Source: Candidatus Levyibacteriota bacterium
GTDB lineage: Bacteria; Patescibacteriota; Microgenomatia; Levybacterales; UBA12049
Direction: 5' to 3'
Assembly: GCA_016182185.1 (NCBI GenBank)
Contig: JACOXU010000003.1
Location: 123,881 to 187,880, forward strand
Length of the DNA: 64,000 nucleotides
In this document: one piece after another, positions 17,662-28,706 of the stretch
How positions within the stretch are numbered: the stretch's first letter is position 1
How the letters are laid out: each line of letters opens with the position of its first letter
Made by a program: the position numbers and the translations under genes
Notes under the pieces: model-generated
The model's database searches: none
What the model was told of the DNA's origin: nothing
The model's input: only the letters and a program-made list of their open reading frames with translations

Positions 17662-20253
17662 ATGGGAAATCCTTTGCAGAAGGTAGTTGAACTTATTAAA
17701 ACATCAAGCCCCAAAAGGACAATAAGCATAATTGTCATCCTTATCATCGCCGCCGCCGTACCTCTCACTGTCATTGTTTCCCAACAACAGCAGGAAATCC
17801 GTCAGCGTGCAGCAGACTGTACAAACGGAATAATATCTGGAAGAGTCTTTTATGATAACAATCCCGAAAATGGCGTTTTTGACCCTACAGAACAAGGTTT
17901 CGATTTAATCGGACAACCAAATGTTGCCCAGGTGAACATGTGGAATAACGACACTGGAATAGCACTCAACAAAGATATAAGCGCCGGAAATGGTGTCTAT
18001 CAATTTACAGCCTCTACCAATAGAGATGGTTACCGCCTAAGATTTACTGCTCCCACGGGGTACAGGATCACAACGCCCCAAAATATTTCTCCATGGCAAG
18101 TAAGTCCGAGATCTGACGGGCGCTGGCAGGCAGATTACCCTGCCTTAAGACTCCCTCCATGTGCGCAAATATACGATTTTGGAATTACCAACGGTCAACC
18201 TCCTACGCCAACTGCTACACCTCCTCCAATCTCAAGCTGTGGTACAAATGGAAATGTTGTTTTTGACAATAAATCTTCGAGTCTCACAACTACAGCGGGC
18301 GCACCCACGACTCTTACGTGGAACCATACTGTGGGCTCTGGAAATAGTCGGCTATTGATTGTCGGGGTTAATCTTCGCACGTCTTCGGGAGGAAATATCA
18401 CTTCTGTTAGAGCCAACAATCAAAACTTGACTCGAATAGGAAATGTAATAAGTGTAGGCGGAACCTCAAGTCCGACAAGTAACTCCATGTGGTACTTACT
18501 TAATCCTCCCAGCGGTTTAGTGTCAATTTCGGTCACGGCAGACAGAAGTCTGACTATCTCAGCCGGTGCTTCAAGCTGGTCCAATGTAGACCCGAATAAT
18601 CCTTTGGGCAACTCAGTCGCAAATACAGGCAACAACTCCAATCCCAATCTATCAATAGCAGGACCTGCTTGCGGTGTTGTAGTTGATAATCTTGCCACAC
18701 CTATCGGCGACTGTCCTCAAACTCCATCTCCTGATTCGCTTCAGACCCTGCTTTGGAGCGTGAATGTGCCTGGAGATAATCTCTCTGATCAGGGAGGAAA
18801 GGGTCAAAGCGCAGGCAGTTATAAACAATCAGCTACTCAGACAACTATGTGGTGGAATAATGCTTGCAGCGGAGCTTGGGCTTTAAAAGCCGTTCCGGTA
18901 GCGGCATTTGAACCCACTCCCACACCAACAAATATTCCGACACCGACACCTACTCTAGTTGCTGGTGCCAAACCTCCCCCTTGTTTTGTCCCTGCTTCGC
19001 TTCTAAGTCAACTCGGGCTCCCAACTACTGCTGTAAGAGGCTATGGAGATGTTGATTTGGATGGTGATGTTGACATGACTGATGCTACCAAAATATTAAA
19101 TTTTGTTGCTCTAATTCCACCGCTTCCTTCACCTCTTCAAATTGAAGTGGCTGATGTTGATTCAACTTGGGGTGTTCTTTCCAATGCGTCAAGCATAACC
19201 TCAGTTGATTCACTCATGGTTCAAAGATATTTACAAAACTTACCCATACCATCACAATATAATCCACCGAACTCAAATACAATAAGTCTGCCGGTTTGTT
19301 TAGGCCAGCCTACAATCACGCCAACCCAACCGCCAACCCCTATTCCAACTACTATCAGGACGCCAACTCCAACCACTACGCCTCAGTGTACATCCGGTCA
19401 AACATGCACTGCATGTACTGCACCTGCTAATACTTGTAATGGTTCAGGCACTCAAAGCTGTACTCTGACAACAACCTCTACTGGATCTACAAACTGCCAG
19501 CAAGTTACGACTCATAATATTTCCTGTACCGGCGCGCCGGCCAACTGCACAAATGGTAATGTTTGTGTAAGTAACGCCTGTGTTGCTCCAACCGGAGTGC
19601 CCACGGCAACTGTTGTACCCACCCTGACGAAGCCTCCAGGAGTTACTGTTACAGAAGCGCCAAGAATAAGCCCGACCGCTGTTCCGACTATTCCAACCGG
19701 TAATACAGTCTTTGCCCTAAACATTGGACTTGATGGAATTGGAACTGTCGGAGATAATGTCAATCCGAATAATTCGAGTGGCTCCAATAAAAATCCATTG
19801 AGAACATCAAGAAGCGTAACTATTCAGGTGTTTGATAACAACAACACCGAGGTAGCAAATAAGTCCGGCACGCTTACCTATCAAACAGGAAGCGGCAGAT
19901 TTACCGGAAATGTGGATATGGATAGGCTTGCAAGCGCAAATTACAATGTCAAAGTAAAATCTCCAGGCTATCTAAGACGTCTTATTCCTGGAATTCAAAA
20001 TGTGACTGCCGGTCAGGCGTTTAATCTCCCGAATGAAAACTTGGTTACGGGCGATATCAACGGGGACAATGCAATTAATATTCTGGACTACAATATATTT
20101 ATAAGCTGTTCTATCTTCAGTAAAGACGGACAAGCAGTCTGCAACCAGAACCCTGACTACAAAACGCTCTCTGACCTTGATGACAACGGGGCAACTGATC
20201 AGTTTGATTACAATCTGTTTGTCAGAGAACTTTCAGTCCAAAACGGAGATTGA
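17662..20253 (+). CDS. large cell-surface protein with SdrD-B-like domain, Cys-rich module and two dockerin-like modules
   Basis: 863 aa; N-terminal TM+SQQQQEIRQRAAD; GRVFYDNNPENGVFD (Cna/SdrD B-like); Thr/Pro linkers; dockerin-like GDVDLDGDVDMTDATKILNFV...VDSLMVQRYL and C-terminal GDINGDNAINILDYNIF...DLDDNGATDQFDYNLF; about 180-aa domain shared with the giant protein at 58607..64000. Confidence 0.55.
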   Translation: MGNPLQKVVELIKTSSPKRTISIIVILIIAAAVPLTVIVSQQQQEIRQRAADCTNGIISGRVFYDNNPENGVFDPTEQGFDLIGQPNVAQVNMWNNDTGIALNKDISAGNGVYQFTASTNRDGYRLRFTAPTGYRITTPQNISPWQVSPRSDGRWQADYPALRLPPCAQIYDFGITNGQPPTPTATPPPISSCGTNGNVVFDNKSSSLTTTAGAPTTLTWNHTVGSGNSRLLIVGVNLRTSSGGNITSVRANNQNLTRIGNVISVGGTSSPTSNSMWYLLNPPSGLVSISVTADRSLTISAGASSWSNVDPNNPLGNSVANTGNNSNPNLSIAGPACGVVVDNLATPIGDCPQTPSPDSLQTLLWSVNVPGDNLSDQGGKGQSAGSYKQSATQTTMWWNNACSGAWALKAVPVAAFEPTPTPTNIPTPTPTLVAGAKPPPCFVPASLLSQLGLPTTAVRGYGDVDLDGDVDMTDATKILNFVALIPPLPSPLQIEVADVDSTWGVLSNASSITSVDSLMVQRYLQNLPIPSQYNPPNSNTISLPVCLGQPTITPTQPPTPIPTTIRTPTPTTTPQCTSGQTCTACTAPANTCNGSGTQSCTLTTTSTGSTNCQQVTTHNISCTGAPANCTNGNVCVSNACVAPTGVPTATVVPTLTKPPGVTVTEAPRISPTAVPTIPTGNTVFALNIGLDGIGTVGDNVNPNNSSGSNKNPLRTSRSVTIQVFDNNNTEVANKSGTLTYQTGSGRFTGNVDMDRLASANYNVKVKSPGYLRRLIPGIQNVTAGQAFNLPNENLVTGDINGDNAINILDYNIFISCSIFSKDGQAVCNQNPDYKTLSDLDDNGATDQFDYNLFVRELSVQNGD

Positions 20254-20330
20254 CAAGAAAAACAAAATATTTAATACTAAATTAAGTGTAGGTTTTGATT
20301 TTTGCCTTTTGAATTTTAAATTTAATTAGT

Positions 20331-20981
20331 ATGTCCAGACGAACAATTATATTAATCATAGCACTTGTCGGTATAACAGGAATCTTACTTGCTATTGCCC
20401 TGACTCAAAAAAAGGGTCCGGGACCTTCTGTGACTAAACCTTCGCCTCAGGTTCAGGTGCCTTACGCTCATACGTCGCTTGAGATAAGCAGTAATCCCGT
20501 TTCCCAGGCAACTTCTTCGGGATCATCCACCTATTCCCTGGATGTGAATATTAACACGGAAACAGATAAGGTGACTGCAGTCCAGCTTGAATTATCTTTC
20601 GACCCCAAGGCAATCTCAAATGTAGATGTTAAACCAGGCACTTTCTTTAAAAATCCTGCCCAACTTATCAAAAGAGTAAATGCTAAGGACGGAACAATCT
20701 CATATGCGCTAGGAATAAATCCCGGAGAAAATGGAATACAAGGAAGTGGAGTCGTTGCCGAAATCTCATATCGGGAAATTGGCCAATCCGGAACTTACAC
20801 CCAGATTAATTTTCTACCCAAAACATTGGTAAGCGCTGAGGGAACGGATAAATCTGTTCTTAAAAAATCAATCGGATCACTAATTATGCTCGGGGGAGCA
20901 AGTCCTGCAAATTCGACTAAGCCCGCCACTTCAGGTGCTATTCCTCAAACGACAAGAACTCAGCCTAATCCTTTTCAATAA
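20331..20981 (+). CDS. membrane-anchored cohesin-like domain protein
   Basis: 216 aa; TM anchor; LELSFDPKAISNVDVKPGTFF...DGTISYAL...GSGVVAEISYREIG pattern resembles cohesin type-I beta-sandwich. Confidence 0.45.
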   Translation: MSRRTIILIIALVGITGILLAIALTQKKGPGPSVTKPSPQVQVPYAHTSLEISSNPVSQATSSGSSTYSLDVNINTETDKVTAVQLELSFDPKAISNVDVKPGTFFKNPAQLIKRVNAKDGTISYALGINPGENGIQGSGVVAEISYREIGQSGTYTQINFLPKTLVSAEGTDKSVLKKSIGSLIMLGGASPANSTKPATSGAIPQTTRTQPNPFQ

Positions 20982-21718
20982 TCACCCTTCTCCCAGGAAA
21001 CAGCTTTTATAAGAGGAGCGTAAAGATCATCTTCGATGCTTATTTTTAATTCTTCTAATTCTTTTTCTGTAGGATTTCGTGACTGAAAATTGACAAATGG
21101 GACATCTTCAATAATTGCAAGCGGGGTTTGTTCATCTCCCTCACCCATCACGCCAACAGCCGAGGAGGCTAAAGAATCTGCAACATTTAGCTTTTCTGCC
21201 TGAAGTTTTCTTCCGAAGATATCAGGTTTCCCAATATAGCTGTTAAGAGCCGAAAAACCGCTGTGGGCAATTGCTACACCGGTTACTCCCCAGCGAAGAG
21301 GAGTAGTTTTACTGTCAGTAACTATAACTCCCAAATTTTTAATTTTAAATTTTTTCAAAAAATATTCGCGGATTTTATTGGCTGATCTTTGCGGATCTTT
21401 GGGCCAAAGAATATAGTATCCATTTCCGTTTGACTCGTCAATTCCAGCTGAGGCGGTAAAAATACCGCGCTTAATGCTTATAGAAAAATCGTACTTGCTC
21501 ATGTGTCTTGGAAGATAAAACTCTGCCTCTTTTTTTACCAATTCATCTTTAGTTTTACTGCCGATTCTGACCATCCTTCCCTCGCAAATTGAAATTATTT
21601 TGGATGTTACGGCGATTATCGACCTTTCAGGAGTTTTTTTTATATAACGGTCCACAATTTTAAGAATATCCTTATCTTTTTGCGTAATTTTGTGGGTCTT
21701 AACCGAGGTAACTTTCAT
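20975..21718 (-). CDS. CofE-like (F420-0:gamma-glutamyl ligase family) protein
   Basis: 247 aa; AVTSKIISICEGR, GIDESN, VTDS segments typical of PF01996. Confidence 0.5.
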   Translation of the reverse strand: MKVTSVKTHKITQKDKDILKIVDRYIKKTPERSIIAVTSKIISICEGRMVRIGSKTKDELVKKEAEFYLPRHMSKYDFSISIKRGIFTASAGIDESNGNGYYILWPKDPQRSANKIREYFLKKFKIKNLGVIVTDSKTTPLRWGVTGVAIAHSGFSALNSYIGKPDIFGRKLQAEKLNVADSLASSAVGVMGEGDEQTPLAIIEDVPFVNFQSRNPTEKELEELKISIEDDLYAPLIKAVSWEKGDY

Positions 21719-22170
21719 TAAAGCTCTTCAACAATCCAATCGTCATTCTTTTTTTTTACAAAAACAGGAACAACAGATACTGCGGGGAACATCATTTTGA
21801 CAAGTTCCGCTGTCTTTATTACGTCTTTTTTATGCTTTTCCTCAGAAACCGGATTTCCTGCGCAATCTTCATGTCCCGAAACGACAATATTTTGAGAATG
21901 ATGCTTCTCAATCGATATCAAAATCTTTCCCTTAATAGACTCCATCAGTTCTGACGATCCCGTATCGTTAGCCTTGAAATGATCACCTGATAATAAACCT
22001 ACTAATCCTGCCTCGGTAATCGCATCTGCATATTTGACTCCGAATTTTTCTCTTCCCCACTTGGCAACCGTGCATTCTGATCTTCCATCCATACACCCAA
22101 CGCTTGTAAAAAATGTTTCACCAGCCTTTGACATAAAACTGATAGTACAACAGTTTTCAAAAAAATTCAA
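21718..22170 (-). CDS. beta-carbonic-anhydrase-like protein
   Basis: 150 aa; CMDGRS and IVVSGHEDCAGN match C-x-D-x-R ... H-x-x-C zinc-ligand spacing of beta-CA. Confidence 0.35.
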   Translation of the reverse strand: MNFFENCCTISFMSKAGETFFTSVGCMDGRSECTVAKWGREKFGVKYADAITEAGLVGLLSGDHFKANDTGSSELMESIKGKILISIEKHHSQNIVVSGHEDCAGNPVSEEKHKKDVIKTAELVKMMFPAVSVVPVFVKKKNDDWIVEEL

Positions 22171-22209
22171 TTATTGAAAAACGAATAAAATTTGTTATAA
22201 TGACACCTT

Positions 22210-23400
22210 ATGCCAAATCCAGCAGAGCTAGGTCCCAATGGAAAAGATCTTGAAATAAGCGAACTAAGAACTAATATTACTATCGAAGGTCTTCTTCAAG
22301 ACAATCACTCATCAGCTGCAAAAAAGAGAATAAGAACATGGTTTGAGACAAAAGATGCTGGAGAGCTAGACAAACTAAGAATATGCGGTGATTCTAGAGT
22401 AATTCCTCCAAATCCCGACAAAGAAATCATCGTAAATTATATCGCGGGAGGATCAACCCCTGAGCCCGCTTCAGGCATCGTCAATAATCCAGGTGTAAAA
22501 TCAGCTATTATCATGACTCATTTTGATGGTGAAACAGCCACCCTTAAAAAACCTCCTAAAGGCTGTGCGGGCTTAGCAGCAAAAGAAGTTCAGATTCAAA
22601 ATGGAAAAAGTAACCAAAAACTCGACAATTATGTCGAAAAACATATTTGGCATCCTGATCCTGTAGTCCAGGCTGTCATTTCGGCTGAAGAACTTGCCTG
22701 TGAAACAGAAAAACCGGTGCTTGCCGCGACTCAAGATCACAGAGATGGTTCAATCTTTCCCCTCGCTGTTATGTATCCATGGAATAAAAGCGTTATAACT
22801 GTAGCTCCTAGGAGAATAAAAAAGATGCTTCATGGCCGAAGATACATTCCAGAAGAACTTTATGAAGAAGGAATTCCTACGATAGATGTGGACGAAGGCT
22901 TCAAGTTCTATGATTTTTTGGAAGAAAGTAAACGGCGAGTTCTAGAGCTCAAAGATGCTTATCCTGATCTTTATGAAGGATCTAGGGTGCAAAACCCATC
23001 CTTAATTGCCTGGTCAACTTGTGTAGTATCATTTCAAACTCGTTTCCCCATCATTGGGGACAGACCCGGAACTGTGTTTCAGGTATTTGTTTCAAGAACC
23101 AAGGATGATTTAGATAATCTAAAGATTTCTCCAGAAGACCTTCAATCATCTCTTGAGCAAATGGAATTTCCTGTAAAAGCATCTCTTGAAAATCATGCGC
23201 AGAGTAGGAAGTCTTTCGCAAGCACAAATACAATTCTCATTGATACGGAACATTTTGCTCATTCAGTTGCTCTTGCTCTTAGGTTTGTAAGAAAAGAGAG
23301 ATCAATACCAAGATGGCTTGAGCTTCCAAATCACAAAATACTGGTTTCAGAAACCACTGAAGGGGTAATTACTCGAATTGAAGAATTTAAACCACGATAA
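22210..23400 (+). CDS. hypothetical protein with beta-CA-like CGDSRV motif
   Basis: 396 aa; RICGDSRVIP and THFDGE...KGCAGL; divergent from 21718..22170. Confidence 0.3.
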   Translation: MPNPAELGPNGKDLEISELRTNITIEGLLQDNHSSAAKKRIRTWFETKDAGELDKLRICGDSRVIPPNPDKEIIVNYIAGGSTPEPASGIVNNPGVKSAIIMTHFDGETATLKKPPKGCAGLAAKEVQIQNGKSNQKLDNYVEKHIWHPDPVVQAVISAEELACETEKPVLAATQDHRDGSIFPLAVMYPWNKSVITVAPRRIKKMLHGRRYIPEELYEEGIPTIDVDEGFKFYDFLEESKRRVLELKDAYPDLYEGSRVQNPSLIAWSTCVVSFQTRFPIIGDRPGTVFQVFVSRTKDDLDNLKISPEDLQSSLEQMEFPVKASLENHAQSRKSFASTNTILIDTEHFAHSVALALRFVRKERSIPRWLELPNHKILVSETTEGVITRIEEFKPR

Positions 23401-23404
23401 TTTG

Positions 23405-23477
23405 TGGGCAGCCGTGGAATCGAACCACGTACCTCTTCTTTATCAGAGAAGCGTTCTAACCGGTGAACTAGCTGCCC
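23405..23477 (-). tRNA. tRNA-Ile (anticodon GAT)
   Basis: cloverleaf on minus strand: acceptor GGGCAGC/GCTGCCC, anticodon stem CTTCT/AGAAG with loop CTGATAA, T-arm GGTTCGATTCC. Confidence 0.75.
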
Positions 23478-23484
23478 AACTTCC

Positions 23485-23859
23485 CTATTCTATCAAATTC
23501 CACACTTCTTTTGGAACCATGTCTTTTTTAAGCTGTCCCTGGGGCTCCCAAACTAGACAATTCATCAGAATTTCCTGAATAAGTCGCAGTTTTCTCAACT
23601 GATCAAGCATTTTCTTTGCCTGTTTGGGATTGGTACCTACAAATTTGTAATACATTCCCACTAATTGATTCAAACGGTTGGATACTGCTTGATAAGTGGC
23701 AATTATTTTACCTTGTCTTGAACGTTTTTGATAAGTCCTGAATTTCTTAAGATTCTGCCATTCTCCTGCCCGTACTTCGATATCAAGATCCAATTCTTTT
23801 TCAGAAAATCCCTGATCGCCTGTTTCGCCATGAAATTTGTCAGCTTCGGGGTTATTCAT
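23485..23859 (-). CDS. hypothetical protein
   Basis: 124 aa ORF, no recognisable motif. Confidence 0.3.
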   Translation of the reverse strand: MNNPEADKFHGETGDQGFSEKELDLDIEVRAGEWQNLKKFRTYQKRSRQGKIIATYQAVSNRLNQLVGMYYKFVGTNPKQAKKMLDQLRKLRLIQEILMNCLVWEPQGQLKKDMVPKEVWNLIE

Positions 23860-24028
23860 TTTTCTTTCTACCTACTCTTCTTAAAATTTCTCCTCCAACT
23901 GCAGTTCCGACCCCCGCCGCAAAAATTGCAGGATTTGTAACAATGCCGATTATACCAGCAATCACCCCTCCGGCTCTTATGGCACGGCCGGTGTTTTCAA
24001 GAAAAGTCTCCCTCCTGTCGTCTTTCCT

Positions 24029-24259
24029 TCATAGCTTATGATCGTCCATAAATTTCTTTTCCTCTTGCATTGTTTTCCATTCCATAAAAGTATTAACTAT
24101 AGCTGCAGAGCTTACAGCCCCGGCCGATGCTAACATACTTTGTTCAAAGAATGAAACGGACGCAACAACTATTATTCCTATAATTCCAAAGTAATCTTTG
24201 ACATCGCTCGCATTTAATTCAGGATAACCTTTAGGCTGATTTTCTTTATTTCTGCCCAT
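24029..24259 (-). CDS. small glycine-zipper membrane protein (start trimmed to avoid tRNA-Cys)
   Basis: track ORF 24029..24322 overlaps tRNA-Cys; internal Met gives about 76 aa with YFGIIGIIVVASVSF helix; a second Gly-zipper mini-ORF (VIAGIIGIVTNPAIFAAGVG) follows at about 23873..24000. Confidence 0.25.
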   Translation of the reverse strand: MGRNKENQPKGYPELNASDVKDYFGIIGIIVVASVSFFEQSMLASAGAVSSAAIVNTFMEWKTMQEEKKFMDDHKL

Positions 24260-24276
24260 AGAAATAATAATTTGGG

Positions 24277-24349
24277 AGGCGCAGGGGGGAGTTGCACCCC
24301 CGAATAGATGTTCTGCAGACACCCGTGTTAGCTACTTCACCACTGCGCC
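24277..24349 (-). tRNA. tRNA-Cys (anticodon GCA)
   Basis: acceptor GGCGCAG/CTGCGCC, anticodon stem GGTGT/ACATC loop CTGCAGA, T-arm GGGGG-TGCAACT-CCCCC (non-canonical T-loop). Confidence 0.6.
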
Positions 24350-24402
24350 ATTGTGGGATAATTTTATCAAAAAACAAGCTGAATTACTATGGAAAGAGGA
24401 TT

Positions 24403-26610
24403 TTATCTCACCATGAAGCTTATCTCAACTGCAGTGAATCCTTTTCGTTCAATTTTTTCTATAACAGGCGGTATGTAAGAATAACTGGGGCTATTATCGA
24501 GATTTTCTATATAAAAAACTATATTTCGATAGGTGTCAGGAGATGGAGCTATTACGAGCGGGAGGATTTTTTTAGATGTCGCATCATCAAACAAAGATAT
24601 AAAAATATAAGAAGAAACTGCTCTCGTTTTTACAAATTCCAGGGTATCGGCAGATTCTTTCTCGTTTAAGCCCAACCGGCTAGATATTTGCTCAATTAAA
24701 TCCTGGACTTTTTCTTTCCTGACTACATATCCCTTAACTGGTTTATCAACATTAATCGCAGGCTCATAATCGAATTTAAAAGAAGAAACTCTTTCATTTC
24801 CGCTTGTAAAAGTACCATCACCATTTAGAATAACATTTAATCCCAAAGCTGGACTATAATTAGTATTTAAAGGATAAATGGCCGTAGTAGAATAAACAGA
24901 AACGCTTTTCCCTTCCTGTCCATACAGATACAATGGGCTGTCAGAGCATGATCCTGCCAAGTCTATCCAGGCATCGTGAAAACACTGTTGAAATTCAGGA
25001 TCTTCGGGATAATCAGGATCCCACACGCGGTTTTTCATGATATCCAATGGGTAATCTTTTCCGAGAATTTCATTGCATTGCGCAGCAGCTCTCGCGTAGC
25101 AAGCATTGGGATTTATGACATGCTTAGGAGCTGAACTTGGTGCCGGCTGAGGAGGCACAGGATCAGATTGCTGAACCAGTCTCTTGGGAGCAAGGGATGG
25201 TTTAAGTTCAAATGTTTGTAGTTGGATTTGGTTTCTTAATTGATCTGTTCCTAGAGAAAGAAGCTTAGACGAAAAATAACCCTGCGGTTTCAGATCAATC
25301 ATTTGCACGAGGCCTTTATCAAGATTCACCGTTGTTCTACTTTGAGCTGGTATATCCAGTAAATACATTGAATTAATTAATTGACTGTACTTCCCGCCAA
25401 GATTTCCCAGTTCTGAATCAGAGGTTGTTTTATCTACAGCAAGATACTTATTTTCAGAAACTAATGTAAGTATGTCCGTCAATTTTGTCCCAGTCGCAAT
25501 GTTATCTAAATTAATTTTTTGAGAGTTATTTGTGCTGACATTATAGAAATACGTGCCAGACAAAGAATCGTTTTTTGAAATTAATCTATAAACAATATTT
25601 CCGGTGAGCCTATCCCAGTTGGGATCTGAAAATATATCGTCGTTACTAGTTGCAAGAAGAGTCTTTTTCTGCCTTGTGGCAAGATCGAAGATTTCAAGCG
25701 TGTTGGATGACAAAATCGCCCTTCTGAATCCGTCAGTCTCCGAAGTTCCAGAACCTTTACGTCCATCGTAGCCTGCAAAAAGCAGTTTCTTGCCGTCCGG
25801 CGATACTTCAGGCTGGGTACTTATCATCCCATTGGTAAGTGAGGGAATATCCTGTTTATTCGTGCCTGTAAAATTTGAAACCGAGACACCGTAACCCCAG
25901 CCAGCACCTGAATTTGGGAGAAATTTATCAGTAAATAAATCTCCGCTGTCAGTTATGGCAATCGGATACGCCAGAGTAACTCCAAGTCCTGAAGTTTCAT
26001 CGTAGATAAGATTTTTTTGTGCTGGATTTGATGTATCAAGTGTATATACCCTTGATTTCCCCCCAAAGAGTGCGCCTCCCTCAGATGGGCTTACTTCCCA
26101 AACTGCCAAATATTTGGAGTTTGGGGAAACGACATAATCATCAATCCCATACCCGCTATCTGCGGTTATAACAGTTGTTTCTGTCTTAGTATCAAATGCT
26201 CTAATTACGACTTGTTTCCCGTAGTCATTTGCATCGGTATCTTTAATATAGCTAATTCTTTTCGAATCTAAAATTTTGACATGTTTTACATTCGATGGAA
26301 GCTCAACAAGTATACCGCTTTGACTTGTTGATAGGTCCAAAACTGAAATTGTTGATTTGTCTTTACTCCAAGATCCATAGATAAATGAAACTGGAGCGAT
26401 GTATGCGGTTTGTGTTTTATTTTTGTCGTCTTGCTGCTGTGGAGGATTATTTGCCTTATCGTTTTGGCTTTTTATAAATATGCCTCCTGCCAAAGAAAAA
26501 ACAACCAGAAAAAAGATTAAAATCCATTTGGCGCTATCAGAACCCAGACCAAAAAACCTTTTGACTTGAGGTGCTTCAGAAGGTAAATTTTGGGCAGTAT
26601 TTTCTTCCAT
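24403..26610 (-). CDS. large membrane-anchored extracellular protein, beta-propeller-like repeats plus C-terminal LNEKES domain
   Basis: 735 aa; N-terminal TM; TolB/WD-like SPDGKKL, SPNSKYLAVW repeats; C-terminal 250 aa homologous to 6712..8085. Confidence 0.5.
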   Translation of the reverse strand: MEENTAQNLPSEAPQVKRFFGLGSDSAKWILIFFLVVFSLAGGIFIKSQNDKANNPPQQQDDKNKTQTAYIAPVSFIYGSWSKDKSTISVLDLSTSQSGILVELPSNVKHVKILDSKRISYIKDTDANDYGKQVVIRAFDTKTETTVITADSGYGIDDYVVSPNSKYLAVWEVSPSEGGALFGGKSRVYTLDTSNPAQKNLIYDETSGLGVTLAYPIAITDSGDLFTDKFLPNSGAGWGYGVSVSNFTGTNKQDIPSLTNGMISTQPEVSPDGKKLLFAGYDGRKGSGTSETDGFRRAILSSNTLEIFDLATRQKKTLLATSNDDIFSDPNWDRLTGNIVYRLISKNDSLSGTYFYNVSTNNSQKINLDNIATGTKLTDILTLVSENKYLAVDKTTSDSELGNLGGKYSQLINSMYLLDIPAQSRTTVNLDKGLVQMIDLKPQGYFSSKLLSLGTDQLRNQIQLQTFELKPSLAPKRLVQQSDPVPPQPAPSSAPKHVINPNACYARAAAQCNEILGKDYPLDIMKNRVWDPDYPEDPEFQQCFHDAWIDLAGSCSDSPLYLYGQEGKSVSVYSTTAIYPLNTNYSPALGLNVILNGDGTFTSGNERVSSFKFDYEPAINVDKPVKGYVVRKEKVQDLIEQISSRLGLNEKESADTLEFVKTRAVSSYIFISLFDDATSKKILPLVIAPSPDTYRNIVFYIENLDNSPSYSYIPPVIEKIERKGFTAVEISFMVR

Positions 26611-26887
26611 TACTTAAATAATAGTGGAAAAATATTCGTCGGTCAAGAGGTGGTAGGAAACTATTGAATAGAATTTATCTACCCTCAGTATAACGGATAG
26701 ATCAAGCGCTATTCATTCTCCCGCCAAAGGCGGGATTCGCTTGTGGCCAATACACTTTCTCGCAAAATTTCTACTCTTAACCTAATTAGAAATTAGAAAA
26801 TTAAAAATTAGAAATTCCACTCCGCGTCAGCGGAGGGGCTTAGGTGTCTTCTCTCAATCCAATACTGAGTAAAATCGAAGTATTAGA

Positions 26888-28340
<1,453 letters not shown>

Positions 28341-28678
28341 TTCCTACCACTTCCTGACCGAGAAACCCTGAGTTTATCGAAGGGTTTCATTTCAAGAAGT
28401 AAATCCAAAATGTGTGCTGATTCACTTTTTAAAGTGCAACTTTTATATAAGATCTTAAGACAATCCACCTTGCCTTACCACTCGGCTTTAGATTCCATTC
28501 GAATACGCCTCGTGGAGCAGCTTTTGGCGGATAATGAATTTTTAATTTTCAAATGAGCATTAAAAATCCCGCCAAAGGCGGGTTCTATATTCCTTTTTTA
28601 GGAACCAGACTTTCGGCGAAAGGTCTTACATATCTTCAAATTTGCTTACCCAGTTAAAGGTTTACAAACAGTAAATCT

Positions 28679-28706
28679 ATTATAGTTGAATATTAATCTT
28701 TGTCAA
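28679..28706 (-). promoter_or_regulatory. consensus sigma70-type promoter (TTGACA-16-TATAAT) reading into 16S leader
   Basis: minus strand -35 TTGACA at 28701..28706 and -10 TATAAT at 28679..28684, about 340 nt upstream of 16S 5-prime end. Confidence 0.5.

Noticed and set aside
24029-24669. ORFs 24029..24322 (N-terminal part) and 24292..24669
   Set aside because: They overlap a well-formed tRNA-Cys (24277..24349). 24292..24669 is also antisense to the 24403..26610 gene.
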